IMG/VR virus record: IMGVR_UViG_3300025128_000022
DNA: 20,000 nt
From: an uncultured virus (IMG/VR IMGVR_UViG_3300025128_000022)
Lineage: Duplodnaviria > Heunggongvirae > Uroviricota > Caudoviricetes
Direction: 5' to 3' (one strand)
Position numbers and translations under genes: made by a program. This document shows positions 1 through 5,747 of this stretch, piece after piece. How positions within the stretch are numbered: the first letter of the stretch is position 1; each line of letters begins with the position of its first letter. A model generated the notes under the pieces. It saw only the letters and a list, made by a program, of their open reading frames with translations. It made no database searches and was not told where the DNA came from.

Positions 1-153
1 CCAATGTCCGTTGATGAGTTTCTTTTCAACATCTCCCCAATGATTCTTTACCTTGTCAGACAGGTGTCTGTTAAGATGAGTTCGGAGCTGTCGATTCTGC
101 TCCTTTTCATTTAGATATAGTTGAAATATCTTTTGGTCTTTTTTTATCGCCAT
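1..153 (-). CDS. Hypothetical protein, 5' part only (MAIKKDQKIFQLYLNEKEQNRQLRTHL...), runs off the window
   Basis: Manual translation: ATG at 153 after an A-rich leader, open to position 1; overlaps the end of 107..304. Confidence 0.6.
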   Translation of the reverse strand, partial: MAIKKDQKIFQLYLNEKEQNRQLRTHLNRHLSDKVKNHWGDVEKKLINGHW

Positions 154-304
154 TTTTATTTAATTTTTTATGGTCAACAAAACGCTTTCTGTGATTCACC
201 TTTCCACTATATTTAAAGTAATGGTTTAGGTCAATCACATTGCGTTGTTGCACCTTGTTTGTCTCCTGTTGTAAACGGAGAAATTTAATTATATGTTTGG
301 TCAT
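107..304 (-). CDS. Hypothetical basic protein, 65 aa
   Basis: ORF track; ATGA overlap with the upstream 301..387 ORF. Confidence 0.55.
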   Translation of the reverse strand: MTKHIIKFLRLQQETNKVQQRNVIDLNHYFKYSGKVNHRKRFVDHKKLNKNGDKKRPKDISTISK

Positions 305-387
305 AGGTTACTACGAATCCAAAGGTATATCAAACACAATATTGCACCGATGAATGATACAAAGGTAGCAATATATTTGTCTCTCAT
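301..387 (-). CDS. Small membrane peptide, 28 aa (MRDKYIATFVSFIGAILCLIYLWIRSNL)
   Basis: Manual translation; one hydrophobic helix; fills the gap between 392..604 and 107..304. Confidence 0.55.
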   Translation of the reverse strand: MRDKYIATFVSFIGAILCLIYLWIRSNL

Positions 388-391
388 TTTA

Positions 392-604
392 TTACTCATA
401 ATTTATTTTTATTTTAAATCGGTCAATCAGCATCAGCTCTATCTCATCATACTTTTCGTTAAAAAAATCTTGTGCATGTTCTGTATAGCTAAAGCAATCA
501 GACTCTTTATCATGCACCCAAGTTGCTTCACCAAATCTTTCAGTAGTAATTAGACAAGCAACCTCGCATACCACTTCCTTAAATACTTCGTTAGATATTC
601 CCAT
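392..604 (-). CDS. Hypothetical acidic phage protein, 70 aa
   Basis: ORF track; AACTATG start context; tight packing. Confidence 0.75.
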   Translation of the reverse strand: MGISNEVFKEVVCEVACLITTERFGEATWVHDKESDCFSYTEHAQDFFNEKYDEIELMLIDRFKIKINYE

Positions 605-606
605 AG

Positions 607-783
607 TTATTTTTTATAATGTTCTCTATATAAATCGGCTCTGTATGATATTTCACTACTACTTATTAATACATTAGTATCGTTATTTACTTCTATATAG
701 ACACTCGTTTTGTCGGTGTCTGCCCACGCTACTATATCGTTCATTTCAAACCATCTAATAGCATCTTTTGTTTCCTCTATCAT
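607..783 (-). CDS. Hypothetical protein, 58 aa (MIEETKDAIRWFEMNDIVAWADTDK...)
   Basis: Manual translation; AACTATG start; stop 2 nt before the next ATG. Confidence 0.7.
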   Translation of the reverse strand: MIEETKDAIRWFEMNDIVAWADTDKTSVYIEVNNDTNVLISSSEISYRADLYREHYKK

Positions 784-789
784 AGTTAT

Positions 790-957
790 TTATTTATTTC
801 CTAATACTTTATCAATTACTCTTTCAGCATCTTCACACCCCTCCACCATTTTACTATCAGCATAATCAAAGAGCGTGTCGTTATGGTCTTCAAGCAACGC
901 CACTTTTGTTTGCAACGCTCTTACTTGTTCGTGTAAAAAATCTATTGTTTCTTGCAT
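790..957 (-). CDS. Hypothetical coiled-coil protein, 55 aa (MQETIDFLHEQVRALQTKVALLEDH...)
   Basis: Manual translation; heptad pattern; tight packing. Confidence 0.7.
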   Translation of the reverse strand: MQETIDFLHEQVRALQTKVALLEDHNDTLFDYADSKMVEGCEDAERVIDKVLGNK

Positions 958-984
958 TTATATTTAATTTTAAATTAATAATAA

Positions 985-1095
985 TAGGCAGAGAGTAGGG
1001 CTACGTTAAACAACTGCGTGGGTTAGCTCTCTTTTAAAAGTTCCACTCCTTTACTTACCTAATTTTATTTGTAACCCTGTGTTACAGGTGTTACA
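985..1095 (-). ncRNA. Candidate structured intergenic RNA of unknown class
   Basis: Hairpin UGUAAC(A)CCUG/CAGGGUUACA after the 1096 stop, then nested UAGGUA/UGCCUA and GAGAG/CUCUC stems; strand ambiguous. Confidence 0.35.
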
Positions 1096-1452
1096 TTAAT
1101 CAATCAGTTCTATATCAGAGATTTCAATCTCATCTTCCTCGCTATCCTCATCTACTAGCCAAGCCGGAAGAGTATCTCTCTCTTCAAAGATATTGTCTAA
1201 TGTGTAGCTGATTTCATTGTGGTCAATGAGTTCTTGAATAAATACATTCCCCCAATACTTAAGGTCATCATAATCGGAGAACATCCACTCTGCAAACCTT
1301 TTGCGAGTAATTGTGTATCTCTTTTTTGAATGTGATTTTGTTACATGCTCTTCTACTTTCTTTAAGTAGTCGTTCCAAGTATAAGGGATGTCTCCCAATA
1401 ATTCTCTGTGTCTCTTTTTTTGCTCTAGACCGAGCCACCTTTTTTCTCTCAT
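1096..1452 (-). CDS. Hypothetical protein with acidic C-terminus, 118 aa
   Basis: ORF track; ATGA overlap with 1449..1706. Confidence 0.8.
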   Translation of the reverse strand: MREKRWLGLEQKKRHRELLGDIPYTWNDYLKKVEEHVTKSHSKKRYTITRKRFAEWMFSDYDDLKYWGNVFIQELIDHNEISYTLDNIFEERDTLPAWLVDEDSEEDEIEISDIELID

Positions 1453-1706
1453 AATTTTCTTGATTTTAGTTTATAATTATCTTCAGCTACGTCTTTAAGA
1501 ACTCCCCATATATGTTCTATTGTACAGGGATGTTCCATTACCTCAACAAGTAACTCCATAGCTGTATCTGAATCCGTATCATACAATTCTTGTACGTCAA
1601 ATACATTCCATAAGTTAGCTGTTTGGTAGCCGTTTCTTTCAAGGATTACTTTAGCATCGTGTATCCTCTCGTAGCTAGATTCATACTTTTTAAAAGTGTG
1701 TTCCAT
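1449..1706 (-). CDS. Hypothetical phage protein, 85 aa
   Basis: ORF track; AACTATG start. Confidence 0.8.
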   Translation of the reverse strand: MEHTFKKYESSYERIHDAKVILERNGYQTANLWNVFDVQELYDTDSDTAMELLVEVMEHPCTIEHIWGVLKDVAEDNYKLKSRKL

Positions 1707-1716
1707 AGTTTTTGAT

Positions 1717-2268
1717 TTAGTTATTAATTACTCTTACTCTTTTCGCATTCCCCTCGCCTTGTTCAATAGAAAAGATATCGCCATATACTTCTAACGTCTT
1801 ATCCAATACATCAAAAGCTCGATATACTTTTATGATTGTCGACTTCTCTTCAATCCATTCTTTTTCTTCACCATTACGCACCCTAATCGTTTGGAGGTGT
1901 GCAGTTATGACTCCGGCATCTTCAACATCCTCACCACTAAATCTTATCTTACCTTTAAGATAAATTCCTTTAGGTTGGAGAAAGTCAGAGACTATAAACT
2001 TAAGCCAATTAACATATTGATAAAACTTTTCAGCTCCGTTCCACGCTAAACAATGAATGTCGGTTATGCCGTGTTCAACATCGTCAATGATTTCCCATTT
2101 ATTATATATTGATGGAGCTTTCTCTAGACCTCCTCGATAGTCGCCGGAGTATTCACCTGTGGTGTCGTGCCTGTCGTTTAGCCAAACTTGATTATACTCA
2201 TCAAGTTCATCTTGTGTTAACCTTCTTGATAATGCCATCAGTCCGGTAAAATTGGTTGTGTAACCCAT
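1717..2268 (-). CDS. Phage hypothetical protein, 183 aa (MGYTTNFTG...WNGAEKFYQYVNWL...GED)
   Basis: ORF track; AACATTATG start; motif pattern recalled from uncharacterised phage proteins. Confidence 0.85.
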   Translation of the reverse strand: MGYTTNFTGLMALSRRLTQDELDEYNQVWLNDRHDTTGEYSGDYRGGLEKAPSIYNKWEIIDDVEHGITDIHCLAWNGAEKFYQYVNWLKFIVSDFLQPKGIYLKGKIRFSGEDVEDAGVITAHLQTIRVRNGEEKEWIEEKSTIIKVYRAFDVLDKTLEVYGDIFSIEQGEGNAKRVRVINN

Positions 2269-2300
2269 AATGTTTAATATTTAATTATAATTTAATTTAG

Positions 2301-2329
2301 TGAACACTTTGAAATCTTGTTCAGGATTT
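2301..2329 (-). ncRNA. H-type pseudoknot motif, copy A
   Basis: AAAUC-CUGAACAA-GAUUU-CAAAG-UGUUCA; loop UGAACA pairs with the downstream UGUUCA. Confidence 0.7.
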
Positions 2330-2332
2330 TAG

Positions 2333-2451
2333 AAAGCAGACGAGGAATCGAACCTCTATATTAATAACCTAACGTCTTGTGTCAAATTGATAAGGGAGTT
2401 ATGAGTCTCCTTATCTAAAACCACTTCCGAGCACCTTGCTATCATCTGCTT
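2333..2451 (-). ncRNA. tRNA-like RNA (about 118 nt) with an expanded interior
   Basis: Acceptor-like stem AAGCAGA/UCUGCUU; T-arm GAGG-UUCGAUU-CCUC; D-like AGC-AAGGU-GCU; internal hairpin with loop ACUCAUAA; no encoded CCA. Confidence 0.6.
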
Positions 2452-2459
2452 AACATTTG

Positions 2460-2491
2460 CAATAATACGAATTAATAAATTAATAAACAAA
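2460..2491 (-). promoter_or_regulatory. Bacteroidetes-type sigma70 promoter (-33/-7)
   Basis: TTTG-N20-TATTATTG (one mismatch to TAnnTTTG), 8 nt upstream of the tRNA-like RNA. Confidence 0.65.
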
Positions 2492-2509
2492 TTTTAGACG
2501 AACTTTTTT

Positions 2510-3223
2510 TTATTGCTCCGGTTTATAATCCGGATTTGGAGCGTTGTCAGTCGTCAAAACTTGTAGCATAATGGCATCCACAAATTGCTGTAAGATGTGT
2601 CCATACTTCTCATCAAAGCTATGGTCTTCTCTCCAATTATTTAGCCACCTTTTAAATTCTCGTAGCATAATTGTATTGGTCATAAATCTATCCATCCAAT
2701 TAAGCATATCTTGATAGTAACGAGTTACTATATACTCCTCGTGAATGGTGCAGTTGCCACCACAATAGGAGCAGTCTTCAGCTATCTCCTCAATCTCGCC
2801 ATCGTCATCTTCCTCTTCGTAATACTCCCAACCACTACCACCACACTCACAACAATCCTGAAATACTTCCTCGATGACATTGCAATTGCCATTATTATAA
2901 TAGTCGTAGTAGAATCTACTAGCAATACGAATCAGCTCTCCATTAATGGTTTCGGCTTCAGCAGATTTTGGTACTAGTTTTTTATAAAGCTCATCATACT
3001 CTTTTTGATAAGCACCCTCATTGTTCCAATAGGTTTTTCCTAAAGGTGTTGATTTGCCGTGATGTTCAGCTGTCTTTTCCATCCATTTGCACCAATCGGC
3101 TAAAGTTTGTCGAGCATCAATTTTGCTCATACCGAATCTTTTGATTAGGTAGGGTGTCGCACCGAACATATTCGTCTCGCCGGACATCTGCAATTCGCAG
3201 AGATAATTAAAATGTGTGTTCAT
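2510..3223 (-). CDS. Multi-domain phage protein with an inserted DnaJ-type zinc finger, 237 aa
   Basis: CECGGSG and CSYCGGNC motifs flank an acidic loop; N-terminal SGETNMFGATPYL module; AACATTATG start. Confidence 0.85.
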   Translation of the reverse strand: MNTHFNYLCELQMSGETNMFGATPYLIKRFGMSKIDARQTLADWCKWMEKTAEHHGKSTPLGKTYWNNEGAYQKEYDELYKKLVPKSAEAETINGELIRIASRFYYDYYNNGNCNVIEEVFQDCCECGGSGWEYYEEEDDDGEIEEIAEDCSYCGGNCTIHEEYIVTRYYQDMLNWMDRFMTNTIMLREFKRWLNNWREDHSFDEKYGHILQQFVDAIMLQVLTTDNAPNPDYKPEQ

Positions 3224-3248
3224 AATGTTTACATTTTTATTTAATAAA

Positions 3249-3299
3249 TCCGTTTCATCCTTTCGGAATCATCAGGTGTGATACACATCACACTACGGA
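3249..3299 (-). ncRNA. Type III hammerhead ribozyme 1 (GUA site, cleavage between 3294 and 3293)
   Basis: UCCGUA^GUGUGA-UGUGUA-UCACAC-CUGAUGA-UUCC-GAAA-GGAU-GAAACGGA. Confidence 0.85.
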
Positions 3300-3322
3300 G
3301 GGGTAATGAACCCCCCTGTGTA

Positions 3323-3565
3323 TTAACTCACTCTCTCATATTCGTCAAGCCACTCATTAATGTCGTCTTCGTCTAACCAATAGTTAGTAAATTCGTTACC
3401 TTCTAAAATCAATTCTTTGGCTATGTCCATCATCCCATATTTATCATAGAATAATTCTGAATCAGGGTCTTCAATTTCTGTCTGACCTATTTCGTGTAGC
3501 CAACCTATTTCATAACCATCATTGGTTGGTAGGTAGTCAAACACATAGTGTTTAAGTTTTTTCAT
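3323..3565 (-). CDS. Highly acidic hypothetical protein, 80 aa
   Basis: ORF track; AACATTATG start; D/E-rich. Confidence 0.85.
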   Translation of the reverse strand: MKKLKHYVFDYLPTNDGYEIGWLHEIGQTEIEDPDSELFYDKYGMMDIAKELILEGNEFTNYWLDEDDINEWLDEYERVS

Positions 3566-3589
3566 AATGTTATTATTATATTATTAAAT

Positions 3590-3638
3590 CTGTTTCATCT
3601 TTTTAGAATCATCAGCGATAGCACACACTATCGAACAG
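3590..3638 (-). ncRNA. Type III hammerhead ribozyme 2 (GUU site, cleavage between 3634 and 3633)
   Basis: CUGUU^CGAUAG-UGUGUG-CUAUCG-CUGAUGA-UUCU-AAAA-AGAU-GAAACAG. Confidence 0.85.
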
Positions 3639-3665
3639 GAGCAGTTTTAAATCGTACTCAGGATT
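3639..3665 (-). ncRNA. H-type pseudoknot motif, copy B, abutting hammerhead 2
   Basis: AAUC-CUGAGUAC-GAUU-UAAAAC-UGCUC; loop GAGUA pairs with UGCUC. Confidence 0.7.
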
Positions 3666-3677
3666 GTCTGACTGCGT

Positions 3678-4085
3678 CTACTCTATGCAGTATCCGTCAT
3701 CATCGACCTTAATCTCGTGGCTGTCAGAGTGTCCGTTGACTAGCTCTGCGAGGGTTTCATTGTCGATATCATCAATCATATCATCGGTTAAAATATCGGA
3801 TGAGATAGTGGTATTAAAAAGCATACCATCCTCAAACATACTTTGAACCTCTGACATCATCTCATATTCATCGGTGAACAGCTCATCGCAAGGGTAATAA
3901 GCTCCCTTATCTGCGTCTCTTCTGTCGGTGATTATGTAGATGTCAAATCCATCTTTTGAGGTTTCCAAAAGGATGTGAATCTCTGCTCCTGATTCATAAG
4001 GGGTTTCGATTACACTTCCAAATACATCTGTTAGGATGGACTCGATACCCATCTCTCTTAATTCAGTTATTGTTAATTTCTCCAT
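3678..4085 (-). CDS. Highly acidic hypothetical protein, 135 aa
   Basis: ORF track; strong D/E excess. Confidence 0.85.
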   Translation of the reverse strand: MEKLTITELREMGIESILTDVFGSVIETPYESGAEIHILLETSKDGFDIYIITDRRDADKGAYYPCDELFTDEYEMMSEVQSMFEDGMLFNTTISSDILTDDMIDDIDNETLAELVNGHSDSHEIKVDDDGYCIE

Positions 4086-4086
4086 T

Positions 4087-4320
4087 TTAGTTTTTGTTTA
4101 AGTTAGACATTCTTTCTTTGTGTTCTGCGTACAATAGGGACACTATAAGGAACGAACAAAATCCGTATAGACATACACAACCCAACCACACAATAACGCC
4201 GGTAAACGAGCCAATATCGGTTTTTAGGATGTGAATGAATAGACTCCCACATAAAGCTATTATCGGCAAACAAACTAATGCATAGATAATAGACTCTGAA
4301 TAAATTAAAACTTTTTTCAT
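4087..4320 (-). CDS. Small membrane protein with two predicted TM helices, 77 aa
   Basis: Two hydrophobic segments; AACATTATG start. Confidence 0.8.
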   Translation of the reverse strand: MKKVLIYSESIIYALVCLPIIALCGSLFIHILKTDIGSFTGVIVWLGCVCLYGFCSFLIVSLLYAEHKERMSNLNKN

Positions 4321-4346
4321 AATGTTATAAAGTTAAATTAATATTT

Positions 4347-4395
4347 CTGTTTCGTTCTTTTGAACTCATCAGGCAAGGCACACACCTTGCGACAG
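4347..4395 (-). ncRNA. Type III hammerhead ribozyme 3, fully canonical (GUC site, cleavage between 4391 and 4390)
   Basis: CUGUC^GCAAGG-UGUGUG-CCUUGC-CUGAUGA-GUUC-AAAA-GAAC-GAAACAG. Confidence 0.95.
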
Positions 4396-4418
4396 GGGAG
4401 CGGTCAGCTCCCTGTGGT

Positions 4419-4667
4419 CTACTTATCTTCAAGCGTTACGACTGCATCCGGCTTTGATTTTGTCAGAACCTTGTGCATCTTGTTGAAGGTGTTCAGTTTT
4501 GAAACTACTTTCATCAATGCTCTAAACTGATTGGTATTCAGGTCTAATTGCCCAAGCTCGATGGTCTTTAGTTGCGTAATCGTGTTGTCTAATTCATCAG
4601 CGTTGAACTCAACCTGTACCGGCTCACTATACTTGTAGCTGTTAAAATACTTGTCATTCGTTTTCAT
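4419..4667 (-). CDS. Hypothetical protein, 82 aa
   Basis: ORF track; AACATTATG start. Confidence 0.8.
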   Translation of the reverse strand: MKTNDKYFNSYKYSEPVQVEFNADELDNTITQLKTIELGQLDLNTNQFRALMKVVSKLNTFNKMHKVLTKSKPDAVVTLEDK

Positions 4668-4696
4668 AATGTTTGTTGTTTAAGTTAGTAATATTT

Positions 4697-4921
4697 TTAT
4701 CTTTCTTCGTACTCTTTAAAATCTATGCCAATAGATTCGCATAAAAATTTCTCTTCAAACCAAAAAAGGTCGTTTATTTCGCTCTCGGTTGGTGGCTTTT
4801 CGTGATATAAATCCTCAATCGCAAATTGAATTTCTTTTAATTCATTATAAGTAAATTCGTGTTGCTTTGCTCCGCTCCAAAATTTAAAGCTCGTTAAATC
4901 TAAATCTTTAGTGTAATACAT
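4697..4921 (-). CDS. Phage hypothetical protein, 74 aa (MYYTKDLDLTSFKFWSGAK...INDLFWFE); start revised from 4978
   Basis: AACATTATG at 4921; the ORF-track N-terminal extension lies inside hammerhead 4. Confidence 0.85.
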   Translation of the reverse strand: MYYTKDLDLTSFKFWSGAKQHEFTYNELKEIQFAIEDLYHEKPPTESEINDLFWFEEKFLCESIGIDFKEYEER

Positions 4922-4944
4922 AATGTTTGTTATTAAATTTATAA

Positions 4945-4993
4945 TCTGTTTCTGCTTTCGCTTCTTCAGGTAAGGCACACACCTTACGACAGA
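4945..4993 (-). ncRNA. Type III hammerhead ribozyme 4, short stem II variant (GUC site, cleavage between 4988 and 4987)
   Basis: UCUGUC^GUAAGG-UGUGUG-CCUUAC-CUGAAGA-AGC-GAAA-GCA-GAAACAGA. Confidence 0.82.
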
Positions 4994-5023
4994 GAACCTT
5001 TTTATCTCGACTTGTTCAGGTCG
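4994..5023 (-). ncRNA. H-type pseudoknot motif, copy C, abutting hammerhead 4
   Basis: CGAC-CUGAACAA-GUCG-AGAUAAAAAG-GUUC; loop GAAC pairs with GUUC. Confidence 0.7.
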
Positions 5024-5029
5024 GTTTGG

Positions 5030-5092
5030 TTATACTAAAACAATCTCAAACTCTTGAGAAATGTCTTGTATTGCTATATCATATGCATTCAT
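5030..5092 (-). CDS. Possible 20-aa micropeptide (MNAYDIAIQDISQEFEIVLV)
   Basis: Manual translation; AAATTATG start; stop 6 nt before pseudoknot C. Confidence 0.4.
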   Translation of the reverse strand: MNAYDIAIQDISQEFEIVLV

Positions 5093-5113
5093 AATTTTTG
5101 GTTTTATTGGTTA

Positions 5114-5698
5114 TTAAATTCTTTCGATTAATTCTTCTTGCTCTTCGTACTCATAAAGACAATGATTTATAATCATATCATCACACTTGAAGAGCTTCGC
5201 ATCTGTGTAACCTCCTCTGACGTCAGCTCCGTTGTGTATCTGTAACAACAAGTAAGATTCGCCGTTAATCTCTAGCCATCCACCTTGAAGAGTTTGAGAG
5301 AGGTCACTCTCTGCGTTGTAGGTGTTGAAGGTTCTGCCCTCAACGACTTCGTTGCCCTCTTTTAAATCGTCCCACGCTTCGAGAGATACTCCCCACGCTT
5401 CAGAGTCGCCGTTCCAATCTGTTGCACCTGATTGAATTTCATTAAAGTTGTTGCAGATATAATCTAGCTCTAGAGCTGAATCTTCACCGGCTAAAAAATG
5501 GAAGACTGATACTTCTCTCTGTATCCAATCAGATGAATCTTTTTCTATGGTTTCAGGTTGGTCATTCTCGAAATCTGTCAGACTGCGTTTTTGGTTTCTC
5601 TGCCAATGTCTCCCGTCAGTCATACCGGAATCTAGCATGTGTTTACCTGTTGACTCTGTCAACATTTCGTAAATTAATTGTTTTAAATCTGTGTTCAT
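5114..5698 (-). CDS. Acidic phage protein, 194 aa, first gene of the leftward operon
   Basis: ORF track; motifs MLDSG..GRHWQRNQ, NTYN and QIHNGADVRGGYTD recalled from uncharacterised phage proteins. Confidence 0.88.
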   Translation of the reverse strand: MNTDLKQLIYEMLTESTGKHMLDSGMTDGRHWQRNQKRSLTDFENDQPETIEKDSSDWIQREVSVFHFLAGEDSALELDYICNNFNEIQSGATDWNGDSEAWGVSLEAWDDLKEGNEVVEGRTFNTYNAESDLSQTLQGGWLEINGESYLLLQIHNGADVRGGYTDAKLFKCDDMIINHCLYEYEEQEELIERI

Positions 5699-5739
5699 TT
5701 TAGTAAAATTTAAGTGCCTTTCGGCTGTTAATAATACAG

Positions 5740-5747
5740 CAAAGATA
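5740..5747 (-). promoter_or_regulatory. Bacteroidetes-type -7 box (TATCTTTG) for the leftward operon
   Basis: Exact TAnnTTTG 41 nt upstream of ATG 5698; GCC-GAAA-GGC hairpin in the leader (5716-5725); no clear -33 TTTG. Confidence 0.6.

Noticed and set aside
2333..2451. Canonical tRNA-Met gene
   Set aside because: Too long, the anticodon stem does not pair in the standard 5-bp/7-nt register, and the arm spacing is wrong; kept only as tRNA-like
293..3846. Plus-strand ORFs 293..553, 2711..2977 and 3664..3846
   Set aside because: Antisense shadows of a tightly packed minus-strand operon
4922..4978. ORF-track N-terminal extension MPYLKKRKQKQIINLITNI
   Set aside because: It lies inside hammerhead 4 and its leader; the shared AACATTATG context places the start at 4921
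3249..4993. Spaced intergenic repeats read as a CRISPR array, attC sites or terminators
   Set aside because: They are separated by whole genes, vary in sequence with compensatory pairing, have no U-tract, and match the hammerhead core
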